This document shows, one piece after another, positions 38,458-47,200 of a DNA stretch of 47,912 nt (positions are counted from its first letter, which is position 1; the number at the start of each line of letters is the position of its first letter). The notes below the pieces were generated by a model, which made no database searches, was not told where the DNA came from, and saw nothing but the letters and a program-made list of their open reading frames with translations. The stretch comes from a virus. The DNA lies in IMG/VR virus record IMGVR_UViG_3300050026_000188, one strand, 5' to 3'. The position numbers and the translations under genes were made by a program.

Positions 38458-38483
38458 TGTGAGCGCCTCCTGAGCGCTGATAC

Positions 38484-38512
38484 AGAGTATCAATTTACTA
38501 GTAAGCTGTCAA
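38484..38512 (-). promoter_or_regulatory. Promoter-operator cassette copy 1
   Basis: Minus strand: TTGACA - 17 nt containing TTACTAGTAA - TACTCT, then leader with AGGAGG. Confidence 0.4.
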
Positions 38513-39237
38513 ACATCAGGCTCTACCAGTGGAGCCAGACATTTCGCGGTAATACTGCCGATCCGTTCGGGCGTGAGCTTGGCGGCCTTCTGGCGAGCGT
38601 CTAAGAGCGCTTGCTTGGGGGTATCGCCAGCGCCGCCGCGTTGCCCGGTGTTGATCTCGGTTATGGTGAAACGGACGTTATCATCAGCGACGGTCCCGAA
38701 GCGGATGAGCGCAAAGCTCAGGAGAGGAAACTCGTGGATGCTTACGGGTACGCCCATCCGCTCCGTCTTCGGATCTGTTACCAGTTTGCCGGCAACCATT
38801 ACGGGGATCATTCCCTCTCCGTCTTCATCAAACTTCGCCCGCTTGAGCGCCTTCCTTTGATCCGTCGTCAACGCGCCGGTAAGCGATCTCTTTTGAAGCC
38901 GCTCGCTCTCTTTGTCACTCCAAGCGCTGAGAGTCTTGATCGCAGCGCCGCGGGCAATGATCAGGAAACGCGCCCGCGTCTTTACGTGGCCGGCCTGCCC
39001 CACCACTTCAAGCAGACGGGTACCAACCGGCAGCTTTACGCCGAAGGGCGGATGCCCCTCCTCTAAACCCATTCCTTCGATTTCGTGCTCACTCTCAACG
39101 ATCCTCACCGATTGGATGGTTACGCCCTTCGCCCAGGCTCGCAGGCGCTTACCGTCAATGCAGGCCGGCGCGTGCCCTTCTACGGGGATCGCTACGATGG
39201 GGGCTTTGGCTTTGAGCAGGCTCTTGATATTCATCAT
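38509..39237 (-). CDS. Hypothetical early protein
   Basis: 242-aa ORF downstream of a promoter-like cassette; no recognised motif. Confidence 0.35.
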   Translation of the reverse strand: MMNIKSLLKAKAPIVAIPVEGHAPACIDGKRLRAWAKGVTIQSVRIVESEHEIEGMGLEEGHPPFGVKLPVGTRLLEVVGQAGHVKTRARFLIIARGAAIKTLSAWSDKESERLQKRSLTGALTTDQRKALKRAKFDEDGEGMIPVMVAGKLVTDPKTERMGVPVSIHEFPLLSFALIRFGTVADDNVRFTITEINTGQRGGAGDTPKQALLDARQKAAKLTPERIGSITAKCLAPLVEPDV

Positions 39238-39243
39238 TCCTCT

Positions 39244-39272
39244 AATCTACCAGGTTACTAGTTATCTGTCAA
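39244..39272 (-). promoter_or_regulatory. Promoter-operator cassette copy 2 (variant palindrome, leaderless layout)
   Basis: TTGACA - 17 nt with TAACTAGTAA - TAGATT, then 6 nt to ATG. Confidence 0.4.
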
Positions 39273-39459
39273 TCCAATTCTTTGCCATTATCTCAGCGTC
39301 CCGGCGAAGGATCGTTAGCTCAACGTCGCCCCCGAGTGCCTGACGTTTGAAGCCCAGGGCGACGGCGTATTTATACGGGCTCTGATCTACGGGACCGGCG
39401 ATCTGGCTCACCTTCGCCCAGCGCCGGCCGCGGCGATAGTATTTGACGGGCGGGATCAC
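39262..39459 (-). CDS. Hypothetical small protein
   Basis: 65-aa ORF. Confidence 0.25.
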   Translation of the reverse strand: MIPPVKYYRRGRRWAKVSQIAGPVDQSPYKYAVALGFKRQALGGDVELTILRRDAEIMAKNWIDR

Positions 39460-39502
39460 CAGCGGTCAGCTTTCGCGAAGCAAACGATGATGACTAGCCT
39501 GA

Positions 39503-40180
39503 TCATGCGTCCAACCTCTCGGGGCGGCCGTTGTCGTCTTCGTCGAGATGCCGAGCGGTTTCGGCTTCCTCAGCGCGTATGCGAGCTTGCACCGAGAGAA
39601 AGTGTAGATCGTCGGCGTCAGTCCCCGTGGCATCGCGATCACGCCCAAGAGAGTTTTGCAGATCAAATAGTTCGGGGTGATTAGCCTTGAACGTTTTGAA
39701 GAAATAAGCATCCCGCTCAAGGCCGCGAGTCACTGGTAATTTATTGGTCAGAAGATCCGGCATTTGAATCGAAGGGTCTATTTCCATTGCTAGAGCGAGC
39801 ATCCTGGCCTTGAAATACTCACGGTCGTCCCAGTGGAGAACGATGCATATGGGGGCCAGATCTTGACGCTTAGGCTTCGGGCGGAGAGCTAGTTTACGCT
39901 CTTGCAGTTCAGCGTGAGCTTTGGCGAGTTCGATGCGCTGTCGCCGCTGATCACTCTTTTCGCGCTCGATAGCTAACCGCTCTTCCTGTAACTCAAGCCG
40001 CCGCGCTCGGTTAGCGTCACTCTCAGAAGATGAGTATGCTACGGCTGATCCCCGGATGCACATCTCACAAGTGCTGCTCTGCAAATAACGCTCAGCGATG
40101 TGTCCATTTTTACAGGGCTCACCTGTAAAATACTTTTTGAGCCCCAACGTTATTGCTTGCTGCCGCGTAATTATTTCCAT
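39503..40180 (-). CDS. Zinc-finger plus coiled-coil protein (regulator candidate)
   Basis: N-terminal KKYFTGEPCKNGHIAERY...CEMC; Arg/Glu/Gln-rich coiled segment; first gene leftward of the AT-rich control region. Confidence 0.4.
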   Translation of the reverse strand: MEIITRQQAITLGLKKYFTGEPCKNGHIAERYLQSSTCEMCIRGSAVAYSSSESDANRARRLELQEERLAIEREKSDQRRQRIELAKAHAELQERKLALRPKPKRQDLAPICIVLHWDDREYFKARMLALAMEIDPSIQMPDLLTNKLPVTRGLERDAYFFKTFKANHPELFDLQNSLGRDRDATGTDADDLHFLSVQARIRAEEAETARHLDEDDNGRPERLDA

Positions 40181-40435
40181 GAGTCAAACATTACGCTGGG
40201 AATTATTATCTGTCAAATACCGTATGTAGGATTACCCCGTCGCCCTCACCCCGAAGGCACTTCCGTAGCGCTCTAGGAACGAAGTTTGTCGAAATCAAAT
40301 GTCGTCATATCTATGTATGTAATGATTCCTACCTATTAGTATGTACTATTTCTATTTCTCCTTATTTCTCTCTATGTGTTGATTTGATATATATAAGGGT
40401 AATAGAGAAAAGAGGGTGTAACTCCAATAGAATCA
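40181..40435. promoter_or_regulatory. AT-rich divergent control region with short direct repeats
   Basis: AT-rich island in a GC-rich genome between divergent genes; repeated TATGTA and ATTTCT motifs. Confidence 0.4.
40188..40216 (-). promoter_or_regulatory. Promoter-like element without the palindrome (leaderless layout)
   Basis: TTGACA - 17 nt - TAATGT, then 7 nt to ATG of gene 39503..40180. Confidence 0.35.
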
Positions 40436-41335
40436 ATGACACCCAATAACTACCCCGTAATTACACCGCTAGCCATTCGGGGTAATTCTAAGCGCCCGTT
40501 TGCATTGTGGATGCCCGGCGCGGTAATGTGGGAAGCCAGGGATATGCTCAGTGATCGTCAAAAACGTTTCGTCTTCCATCAGGCTCGCATTACTGATGGT
40601 GCAAAGGCTTACGTATTGGCAGGTTACAGCGAGCAGGGAGCGGCTCAAGGCGCTTCGCGTCTGTTACAGAACGTTGAGATACAGGAAGCTATAGAGGTTG
40701 AGCGGGCGGACCTGGCCCGTGTCGCGAGCCTGAGCCCCGAATGGGTTTTGAATCGATGGATGTTGATCGCCAGCGCGGACCCGAGAGATCTGATCCATAC
40801 CCGCATCGGCTGCTGTCGGCATTGCTGGGGCATTGATAACAAACGGGAATGGATGGAACACGAATACGCTACCGCGCTCAACGAAGCTCTGACTTGCATG
40901 TTGCTGCCGCCGGCCTTCGAGGGTGGCCTAGGGTACTCGCCGACTCGCGAGCCTAACCCTGACTGCCCTAAGTGCAAGGGCGAAGGCTTGCCGCGGACCT
41001 GGCTCGCCGACTCCCGCAAGCTGAGCCGTTCGGCCGCGGCTCTCTTCGCTGGCGTAAAGCAGACGAAGGATGGGATTGAGATCAAGATGCACGATCAGCC
41101 CGAAGCGCTCAAGTCGCTCGCCGATTACCTGGGGATGCAGAACAAGAGCAGCGCCGATGTAAAGCTGGCTGCGGCTCTGGTGGTGGGCGGGAGCGCTAAG
41201 GATCTCTCAGACGATGAGCTTGCCGGCATCATTGAGCGGGGGCGGTTGCGGAGGGCTCGAGCTGCGACTTTGGGGGTATCTGCGGGGGTATTATCGCCGG
41301 CGGCGTTGCCAAGTAAGACAATCGAGGGCACTTAG
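40436..41335 (+). CDS. terS: Terminase small subunit-like protein (SPP1 G1P / Terminase_2-like) with Cys-rich insert
   Basis: LSDRQKRFVFHQARITDGAKAYVLAGYSEQGAAQGASRLLQNVEIQEAI...RVASLSPEWVLNRWMLIASADPRDL matches the small-terminase N-terminal pattern; CCRHC / CPKC cysteines. Confidence 0.65.
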   Translation: MTPNNYPVITPLAIRGNSKRPFALWMPGAVMWEARDMLSDRQKRFVFHQARITDGAKAYVLAGYSEQGAAQGASRLLQNVEIQEAIEVERADLARVASLSPEWVLNRWMLIASADPRDLIHTRIGCCRHCWGIDNKREWMEHEYATALNEALTCMLLPPAFEGGLGYSPTREPNPDCPKCKGEGLPRTWLADSRKLSRSAAALFAGVKQTKDGIEIKMHDQPEALKSLADYLGMQNKSSADVKLAAALVVGGSAKDLSDDELAGIIERGRLRRARAATLGVSAGVLSPAALPSKTIEGT

Positions 41336-41467
41336 TGCCGGCTTCGAGTCCCTAAGTAGGAGCGATGCACTAAAAAGCCCCCTCAGTTGAGGGGGCTGGC
41401 GGCACTCGGGGAGCCGGTTAGATGTGCATAAGAGCGCGATTGGATGCGAGCGAACGGGGGAAGCGTC

Positions 41468-41641
41468 TCAGCGTCGCATTCTTCCGGCGAAGGGATCAGG
41501 GCGGCCCAGGGCTGCTGTGACGCGCGCCAGCTCGATCTGATCAAGCATCGGCAGATCGGGTTTGGAGCCGATCTGATCTTTGATCGTCAGGGCTAAGATG
41601 GTGAGCAAGCTGAGTGCGGCAGGGATAAACAAAATGTACAT
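41468..41641 (-). CDS. Small membrane protein
   Basis: ATG with GGAGGA upstream; hydrophobic helix ILFIPAALSLLTILALTI. Confidence 0.3.
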   Translation of the reverse strand: MYILFIPAALSLLTILALTIKDQIGSKPDLPMLDQIELARVTAALGRPDPFAGRMRR

Positions 41642-41659
41642 GGAATCCTCCAAGTTGAG

Positions 41660-41688
41660 ATATTACCAAGTTACTAGTAAGCTGTCAA
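41660..41688 (-). promoter_or_regulatory. Promoter-operator cassette copy 3
   Basis: TTGACA - 17 nt with TTACTAGTAA - TAATAT, then leader with GGAGGA. Confidence 0.45.
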
Positions 41689-41858
41689 GAGTTATTTTCA
41701 TTTATTTCGAGCGTTTCCGCGTCGCATTCTTCCGGCGAAGGGATTGGGGCGGCCTTTACAACCTGGGCGCATACCAGGTGCATCGCGGCGCGGCGGGCTT
41801 TGCTACTGGGGGACGCGAGCAGGATCGCCAAGCTATCAGAGAGGATCTTCGCGGTCAT
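41685..41858 (-). CDS. Hypothetical small protein
   Basis: Short ORF; 3' end carries the same ~35-bp element as the neighbouring gene. Confidence 0.25.
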   Translation of the reverse strand: MTAKILSDSLAILLASPSSKARRAAMHLVCAQVVKAAPIPSPEECDAETLEINENNS

Positions 41859-42103
41859 GCTGCTACCTCCCACGCCCACGCGCCAGGCTTGTAAGTGCTC
41901 TGCGAGAGCTTCGAGCCGCGGAGAGTGATCACGCGAAGGCTACCGTCTGCCCGCAACACCAGAGCGCCCCCGCGCCGGCGAGCCCAGGCGTTGACGGCCG
42001 CCTTCCATGATGCCGCTTTCGTGGCGTTCGCGAGATTGCGCCATTCGGCAACGGTGAGAAGGTTGGTAGGCTGAGCGTTCGGGTTGAAGTTCGTAACTGT
42101 CAT
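41855..42103 (-). CDS. Small protein, paralogue B (MTVTNFNPNAQPT... N-terminus)
   Basis: Shares N-terminus and 5' leader with the upstream gene. Confidence 0.3.
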   Translation of the reverse strand: MTVTNFNPNAQPTNLLTVAEWRNLANATKAASWKAAVNAWARRRGGALVLRADGSLRVITLRGSKLSQSTYKPGAWAWEVAA

Positions 42104-42406
42104 TTTTGGGGTATCCTCTCGACTGCAGATACAAGAGCCTCAGCGATCCGCCGCAACGTTGCAGCATCGAAGGCGTAGTTATTCGCGGCGTTGATCCTGG
42201 CGGCCATCTCTTCGCAGGTGAGTTCCGGCGTGTTGAGGTAACGAGTGATCTCTTGAAAGAGATCCCCAGTAACTTGGTAATCTATATATGCAGTCGAGAG
42301 GATACAGCAAAATGCTTTCGTGGCGTTCGCGAGCTTGGTAGGCTGAGCGTTCGGGTTGAAGTTCGTAACTGTCATTTTTGGGGTATCTTCTCGACTGCAG
42401 ATACAG
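42015..42406. repeat. Direct repeat of about 95 bp (42015..42133 and 42314..42406) carrying leader + N-terminal coding sequence of two adjacent small genes
   Basis: Near-identical copies differing by one 28-bp indel and one substitution. Confidence 0.8.
42100..42375 (-). CDS. Small protein, paralogue A (MTVTNFNPNAQPT... N-terminus)
   Basis: ATG at 42375; the ORF track starts at 42414 with an alternative codon. Confidence 0.3.
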   Translation of the reverse strand: MTVTNFNPNAQPTKLANATKAFCCILSTAYIDYQVTGDLFQEITRYLNTPELTCEEMAARINAANNYAFDAATLRRIAEALVSAVERIPQK

Positions 42407-42433
42407 ATTAGCAAGTTACTAGTAAGCTGTCAA
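42405..42433 (-). promoter_or_regulatory. Promoter-operator cassette copy 4
   Basis: TTGACA - 17 nt with TTACTAGTAA - TAATCT. Confidence 0.4.
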
Positions 42434-42825
42434 CATAATAATGAATCTAATTTATATTCGGCCTGCAGGCGAACGCGAACGGCGTCAAGCGCCAGACATT
42501 CGGCCTTTACGAATTCGTAAGCCTTCGGGAAGCCCATCGCCGGCAGTGCGTTGCGCTGAGCAAACTTCGCTTCCTGGGCGCGGTACTCTGGGGACTGGCG
42601 AAGGATTGCTTGAGCCGCCCTGGTGCGTTCGGCGCGGTACTCATCAGCCGCCGTCTTCGGGTGAGCGATGCCAGTGTTGCGGGTAACGCATACCGAGCCG
42701 TAATGAAGGATCTCACCAGATGAGAGAAGCTCAACGGCGAAGGTTCCCTTGAGCCCAGTCTTACCGCAACAATCGCAGTTTGTAACCTCATCAGTGAAGC
42801 CGAAGATCTTGAATTTGTTTTCCAT
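42430..42825 (-). CDS. Cys-rich hypothetical protein
   Basis: NCDCCGKTG ... C motif; ATG 6 nt downstream of a -10-like hexamer. Confidence 0.35.
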   Translation of the reverse strand: MENKFKIFGFTDEVTNCDCCGKTGLKGTFAVELLSSGEILHYGSVCVTRNTGIAHPKTAADEYRAERTRAAQAILRQSPEYRAQEAKFAQRNALPAMGFPKAYEFVKAECLALDAVRVRLQAEYKLDSLLC

Positions 42826-42831
42826 AAAGAG

Positions 42832-42860
42832 ATATTACCAAGTTACTAGTAAGATGTCAA
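42832..42860 (-). promoter_or_regulatory. Promoter-operator cassette copy 5 (leaderless layout)
   Basis: TTGACA - 17 nt with TTACTAGTAA - TAATAT, then 6 nt to ATG; the 44-bp surround is nearly identical to copy 3. Confidence 0.45.
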
Positions 42861-42869
42861 GAGTTATTT

Positions 42870-43026
42870 TCAAATTCTTTTAGAAGCAATCGTTCCCTTG
42901 CTTCGCGGTATCCTGAGCTTGCGATAGAGGGTTCCCCTTCCAATCTGGATCAGCTTGGCTGCTTGGCGCTTATCGCCGTCGCATCGACGTACGGCCTCAT
43001 GGATCAGTCGCATCTCAAGCTCTGCC
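42870..43026 (-). CDS. Fis-type helix-turn-helix DNA-binding protein
   Basis: MAELEMRLIHEAVRRCDGDKRQAAKLIQIGRGTLYRKLR matches the Fis/NtrC C-terminal HTH pattern; ATG at 43026 (ORF track starts further upstream). Confidence 0.5.
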
Positions 43027-43153
43027 ATCGTTGGCAGTGTGTCGCCAAGTTCAAGGATCGGCTTCGGGAGTGGCCGCCGGCATCGTACACAGAAGGCTCG
43101 AACAAACTGATTTAGACCGCATGAGCAGCGCACTGATGGCCGCACATCGCACG

Positions 43154-43354
43154 TCACTCCGCGCCCCCGATCTCAGCGATCAGCGCCCGTATGCTCTCAA
43201 CGCTCCAAACCCGAATACGCGGGCTGAGCAGCCGGCCGGCCGGGAAGCGGCCACTTTTGACGCCCGCCCACCAGGTTGCACGGCAGACGGGGATGACGGC
43301 GAGTATTTGGGGCAATCTCACAAAACCAACTTCAGGAAGGTTCATACACTCCAT
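43154..43354 (-). CDS. AlpA-family regulator / excisionase-like HTH protein
   Basis: FVRLPQILAVIPVCRATWWAGVKSGRFPAGRLLSPRIRVWSVESIRALI matches the AlpA pattern. Confidence 0.6.
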   Translation of the reverse strand: MECMNLPEVGFVRLPQILAVIPVCRATWWAGVKSGRFPAGRLLSPRIRVWSVESIRALIAEIGGAE

Positions 43355-43442
43355 TGTAGTCCATTACCCTCTATCGTTGGGCATAACACGCAAGCGCCAG
43401 TTACCTTGACGTGACTTTGGTTACCGGGGTACTGTTGGCGAT

Positions 43443-43703
43443 ATGGCAACCCCCAACCCGCTAGACGAGATGAATTGGGAAGATCGCTTTATGTATGCGT
43501 TCCGCAGCGTGCTAGTGCTTGAGAACAGGCTCGAAGATGCGCTCGCACTACTCAAAGAGCAACGCCCTGAGATTGTGATTTTGCACAACGGCGATCAGGT
43601 TCAAAAGCTACGCGAGCGCCATCAGATCAGACAGCTACGCAAAGAAGGTGTGAGTTATCGGAACATCGCGAAGCGCATTCAACAGTTGCGGAAAGTAATT
43701 TGA
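43443..43703 (+). CDS. Hypothetical small protein with basic C-terminus
   Basis: 86-aa ORF; C-terminal RQLRKEGVSYRNIAKRIQQLRK could be a DNA-binding helix. Confidence 0.3.
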   Translation: MATPNPLDEMNWEDRFMYAFRSVLVLENRLEDALALLKEQRPEIVILHNGDQVQKLRERHQIRQLRKEGVSYRNIAKRIQQLRKVI

Positions 43704-44133
43704 CAGCGGCAATTACTGCGGGTACTGTGTTGGCTTACGGAGAGCGGCGAGACTCAACTCGTAGGGGCCATCTCTCGCCGCTTCCCCGGCAACTAACTGC
43801 GACCAAACGTCACAGCGAGCAAAAGAGCAATGTGTTGGCTTTCCGCCCCCGCACTGCTCCGATGCAAATGGCAGCCTAAAAACTGTCGGGGTACGCCGGA
43901 TGCTCTACCTGGCAACAGAAAAGGCCGGCACTATTTTAGGAGACAATCAGTGACCGTCGCAGAGCAAGTCAACCAGATCCAAAAGAAACTGCGCGAGCGG
44001 ACGATGGGCTCGCAGTTGCCGGTTGATCGCGTAGATGCTCCGTGCTGGTTGGACCTGCCGCGGGAGCGGGTGACGCTTAGATGGGGGTATTTGACGGAGA
44101 GACAGGGACACTAAGCGAGTTTGTAACCTTCAC

Positions 44134-44165
44134 AAACTAGAAGGGATACGGGCAATTGATCGCGC
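44134..44165 (-). terminator. Stem-loop between convergent genes (candidate intrinsic terminator)
   Basis: 11-bp perfect stem GGGATACGGGC / GCCCGTATCCC with a 10-nt loop; on the minus strand it is followed by UUCUAGUUUGUG. Confidence 0.4.
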
Positions 44166-44231
44166 CCGTATCCCCAAAAATACCCCTCTCGGCTTGCGCT
44201 TTACCCGCCCAGAGGGTGGTGCTAGTTACTC

Positions 44232-47200
44232 CTAGTTACCAATGCAAATATAGCGAATTGCGTCACTACCTAAACCGCCATCATCTGAAAATGTCACCGA
44301 CGATCCACTTGTGTAAGTAACTCCCAGTGCGTTAAGATTGATGGTGCTGACTGTTGCGCTCGTCATACAGGCATAAGAGGATGAACTGGTAAATATGGCT
44401 GACCCGCTAAATGTCACCGTTGCAGCACCACCAGAAAGCGTCGTCAAGCCCATCACTGTGTGCGCAGATGTCAGTTGCGTCCCGGCGGCGTTGTAGAGCG
44501 TTCCACCAGGGCACCCCGTCCCATCCGCAAGGCAGTGGGCTTCTGGTACTCCGCTACCATTCAAGTCTGTGCTGCCCGCTCCTGCTGAAGATACACCTGT
44601 GCTACTTACTTGAAACTGGCTACTTGAACCAACGGATAGCAACGCCGCTGGCGAAGTCGTCCCGATGCCGACGTTGCCTTGGAAAATACCTCCACCTGTT
44701 CCAACCCACAGACTCTTCCAACGTTGGCCCGTAACCCCAAGGTTAATCGTATTATCGAAGGCGGGGGCCGGATTAAGACCAGTTGCGGTTAATTGCATTA
44801 CATCCTCATAAGCTGGGGAACCCGGCAGCTCAAAAGCGAGCGTGGTATACGTGCTCTGCGCACCAATCCTTAAAACATTATAGGTGCTGTCCAAATATAT
44901 AAAGGCTGGCGGCGTCTGCCCATTTATTACGATTGGGTTGGCAAAGACTGTAGGATTTCCGGCGATAGTCAGGCCGCCCGTGCGCAATGCGCCAGTGCCA
45001 AGATCAAGAGCCTGTACAGGGCTCGTCGTCCCGATACCGACGTTGCCGTTATTATCTATCCTGACCTTTTCCGTTGGTCCACTAAGACCATCATTTTGCG
45101 TGAGAAAACGAATCTGCGATAGTGTATTTTGCGAACCAGATACGATGTCAAGTATTCGTGCATAGATGCCTGCCGTTGGGAAATTTTGAGCTTGGTAAAA
45201 ATTGAAAACACCTTGGTCACTAATACCATATGTTCTTAAATTAGTATCAGTAGACGGATTTCCCAAAGACAACTGCCCACTCGGCCCCGTCGTCCCGATG
45301 CCGAGTCTATGATTCGTCGCATCCCAGAAGAAATTGGAATTGTCTTGTGCGATGGTTGAGCCATTTGAGAACAACACGGAGCCAGAGGTTAGCGAAGGCA
45401 AAGTGAATGTCCCGTAAGTATTTGTGTCCAGCGCAAACGTCCCTGCTGCCGTCATCTTTACGAATGGTGTGCCCGTAGTCCATGTCGGATAATTCAACGC
45501 GCCCCATGTGCCTACGGAAGGCAGAGCCGTGCATCCCCCGCTGGACATCAATGCGCCAGAGCAAGAGCCGGAACCAAACAGCGCCGTTATATCGCTGTAT
45601 AGCGGAGTGCGCCACGCCGTGTTCCCACTATTCGCCACGCCAATCGTGTTTGCTCCGGGGTAGGTCATGGTACTGCCCGGAGTCTGCCATCCCTGAGCTG
45701 TTGCCCCAGAGTTCATCCCCCAGACTTGGTTTGCCGTGCCGTTGGTGCTGAGGTTTGTGGCTGTGGATGAGTTGCCAGTAAAAGCGGCTCCATGAAGTGT
45801 CGCTAATCCGGCTGCACTACCGAAGTATTCATCAGTTACCGCAGCATTGCCAATTACTGCTGTGTTGGAACCTGCTCCAACTGCCGTCGATCCTACTACA
45901 ATTTCGTTTGTGTTACCATTCGCACTTGCCTGTGTGTTCTGCCCCAGGAAAGTCCCGTAGCTACCCGTTATATTATGATACCCAGTAGGAAGTAAAGTTC
46001 CTGCTAAATAGCCCGCTGCTGTATTACCATTGCCCGTAGTAGTGAACTGAAGCGCCCCACTTCCAATTCCGGTACTGTAACTCCCAGAAGAGTTTGTAGC
46101 TAGGGTATTATTTCCGATTCCTATGTTATTGCCCCCACTTGTAAGATTGTAGAGGGCAGAGTCCCCTAAGCCTATATTGTTACTACCTGTCTCTATGCCA
46201 CCGTAACCTATTGCCTCAGCACCTATCGCGATATTGAATGATCCAGAGGCACCAAGTAGGTTTGATGTACCTATGGCAATGTTCACTGTGCCGGTAGAAC
46301 TTGCTAAAGTGCTACTATTACCGATGGCAATCGAACTAGCTCCTCCATACGTCAAGGGCAAACCGCCCCCTAAATTCAGATTAGAAGATGGGATGGTATA
46401 AATTGCGACCCCACTATCCTGAACCTGGTCCCCTGTTCCGGTAAAGGTTACGGCATCATTGGCGGTTGCGCTGCCGGGTCCGGTGACTGGGTTGGTAAGC
46501 GCGAGTTGGAAGTCCGTAGCCGCATGAGTCGCCGCCGTCCCTACCGTTGTAGAACAGCCGCTCGCTCCGTTGCTCAGATCGCCACATGCTGCTTGACTGA
46601 ATGTTGCGCTGCCGTTCGACTTGACCGCGCCTGTCACGGCCCCCGCGTTGTCCGCCTTCGTGCCTTGTGCCGCCGTGGCATAAGCCGTGGACGCGGTGTA
46701 AGCCGCCGACCCAACCGCACCGCTGCCAAGCAGCACCGAGCCACTTCCATAGGTACTTAGCTCGCCCAGCACGCCGCTGTTGTTGTACTCGATGTGGCCA
46801 GTCGTGCCACCCGCAATCGTCGTGGTGCCTACGGTGATCGTTCCAGCAGATGCGGATATGGTACAGGTTCCACCCAGGGCGCAGTTCTGGCCGTTGACCG
46901 TAGTCACCGAGTTTGCTAAGGCTGCGTTCGGTACCGCCTCATACGTCACCGTGTTCGTACCGGTCACTACCGGTACGGTGTTGGTTGAAGGGCTGGAACC
47001 GTAGCTAACTCCATTCACCACTGCAACCGTGGGAGTTGCGGTCGTCACTGCTGTCAACTGCCCCGCTGCGTTGTAGGTGATAACTGGTATCGCTGTCGCG
47101 CTTCCCGTCGGCCCTGCCGCCGTAATGACCCCACCCGAGGGGACGTGGCTTGCCGATGTGCCGATAGGGAGGTAGGAATAGCCCACAGTCCCAGACGAGA

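Noticed and set aside
43830-44114. 94-aa plus-strand ORF in the convergent intergenic region
   Set aside because: The long form relies on a non-ATG start in a region with several stem-loops; only a shorter 54-codon version (GTG at about 43951 with AGGAGA upstream) is plausible, and even that is unsupported.
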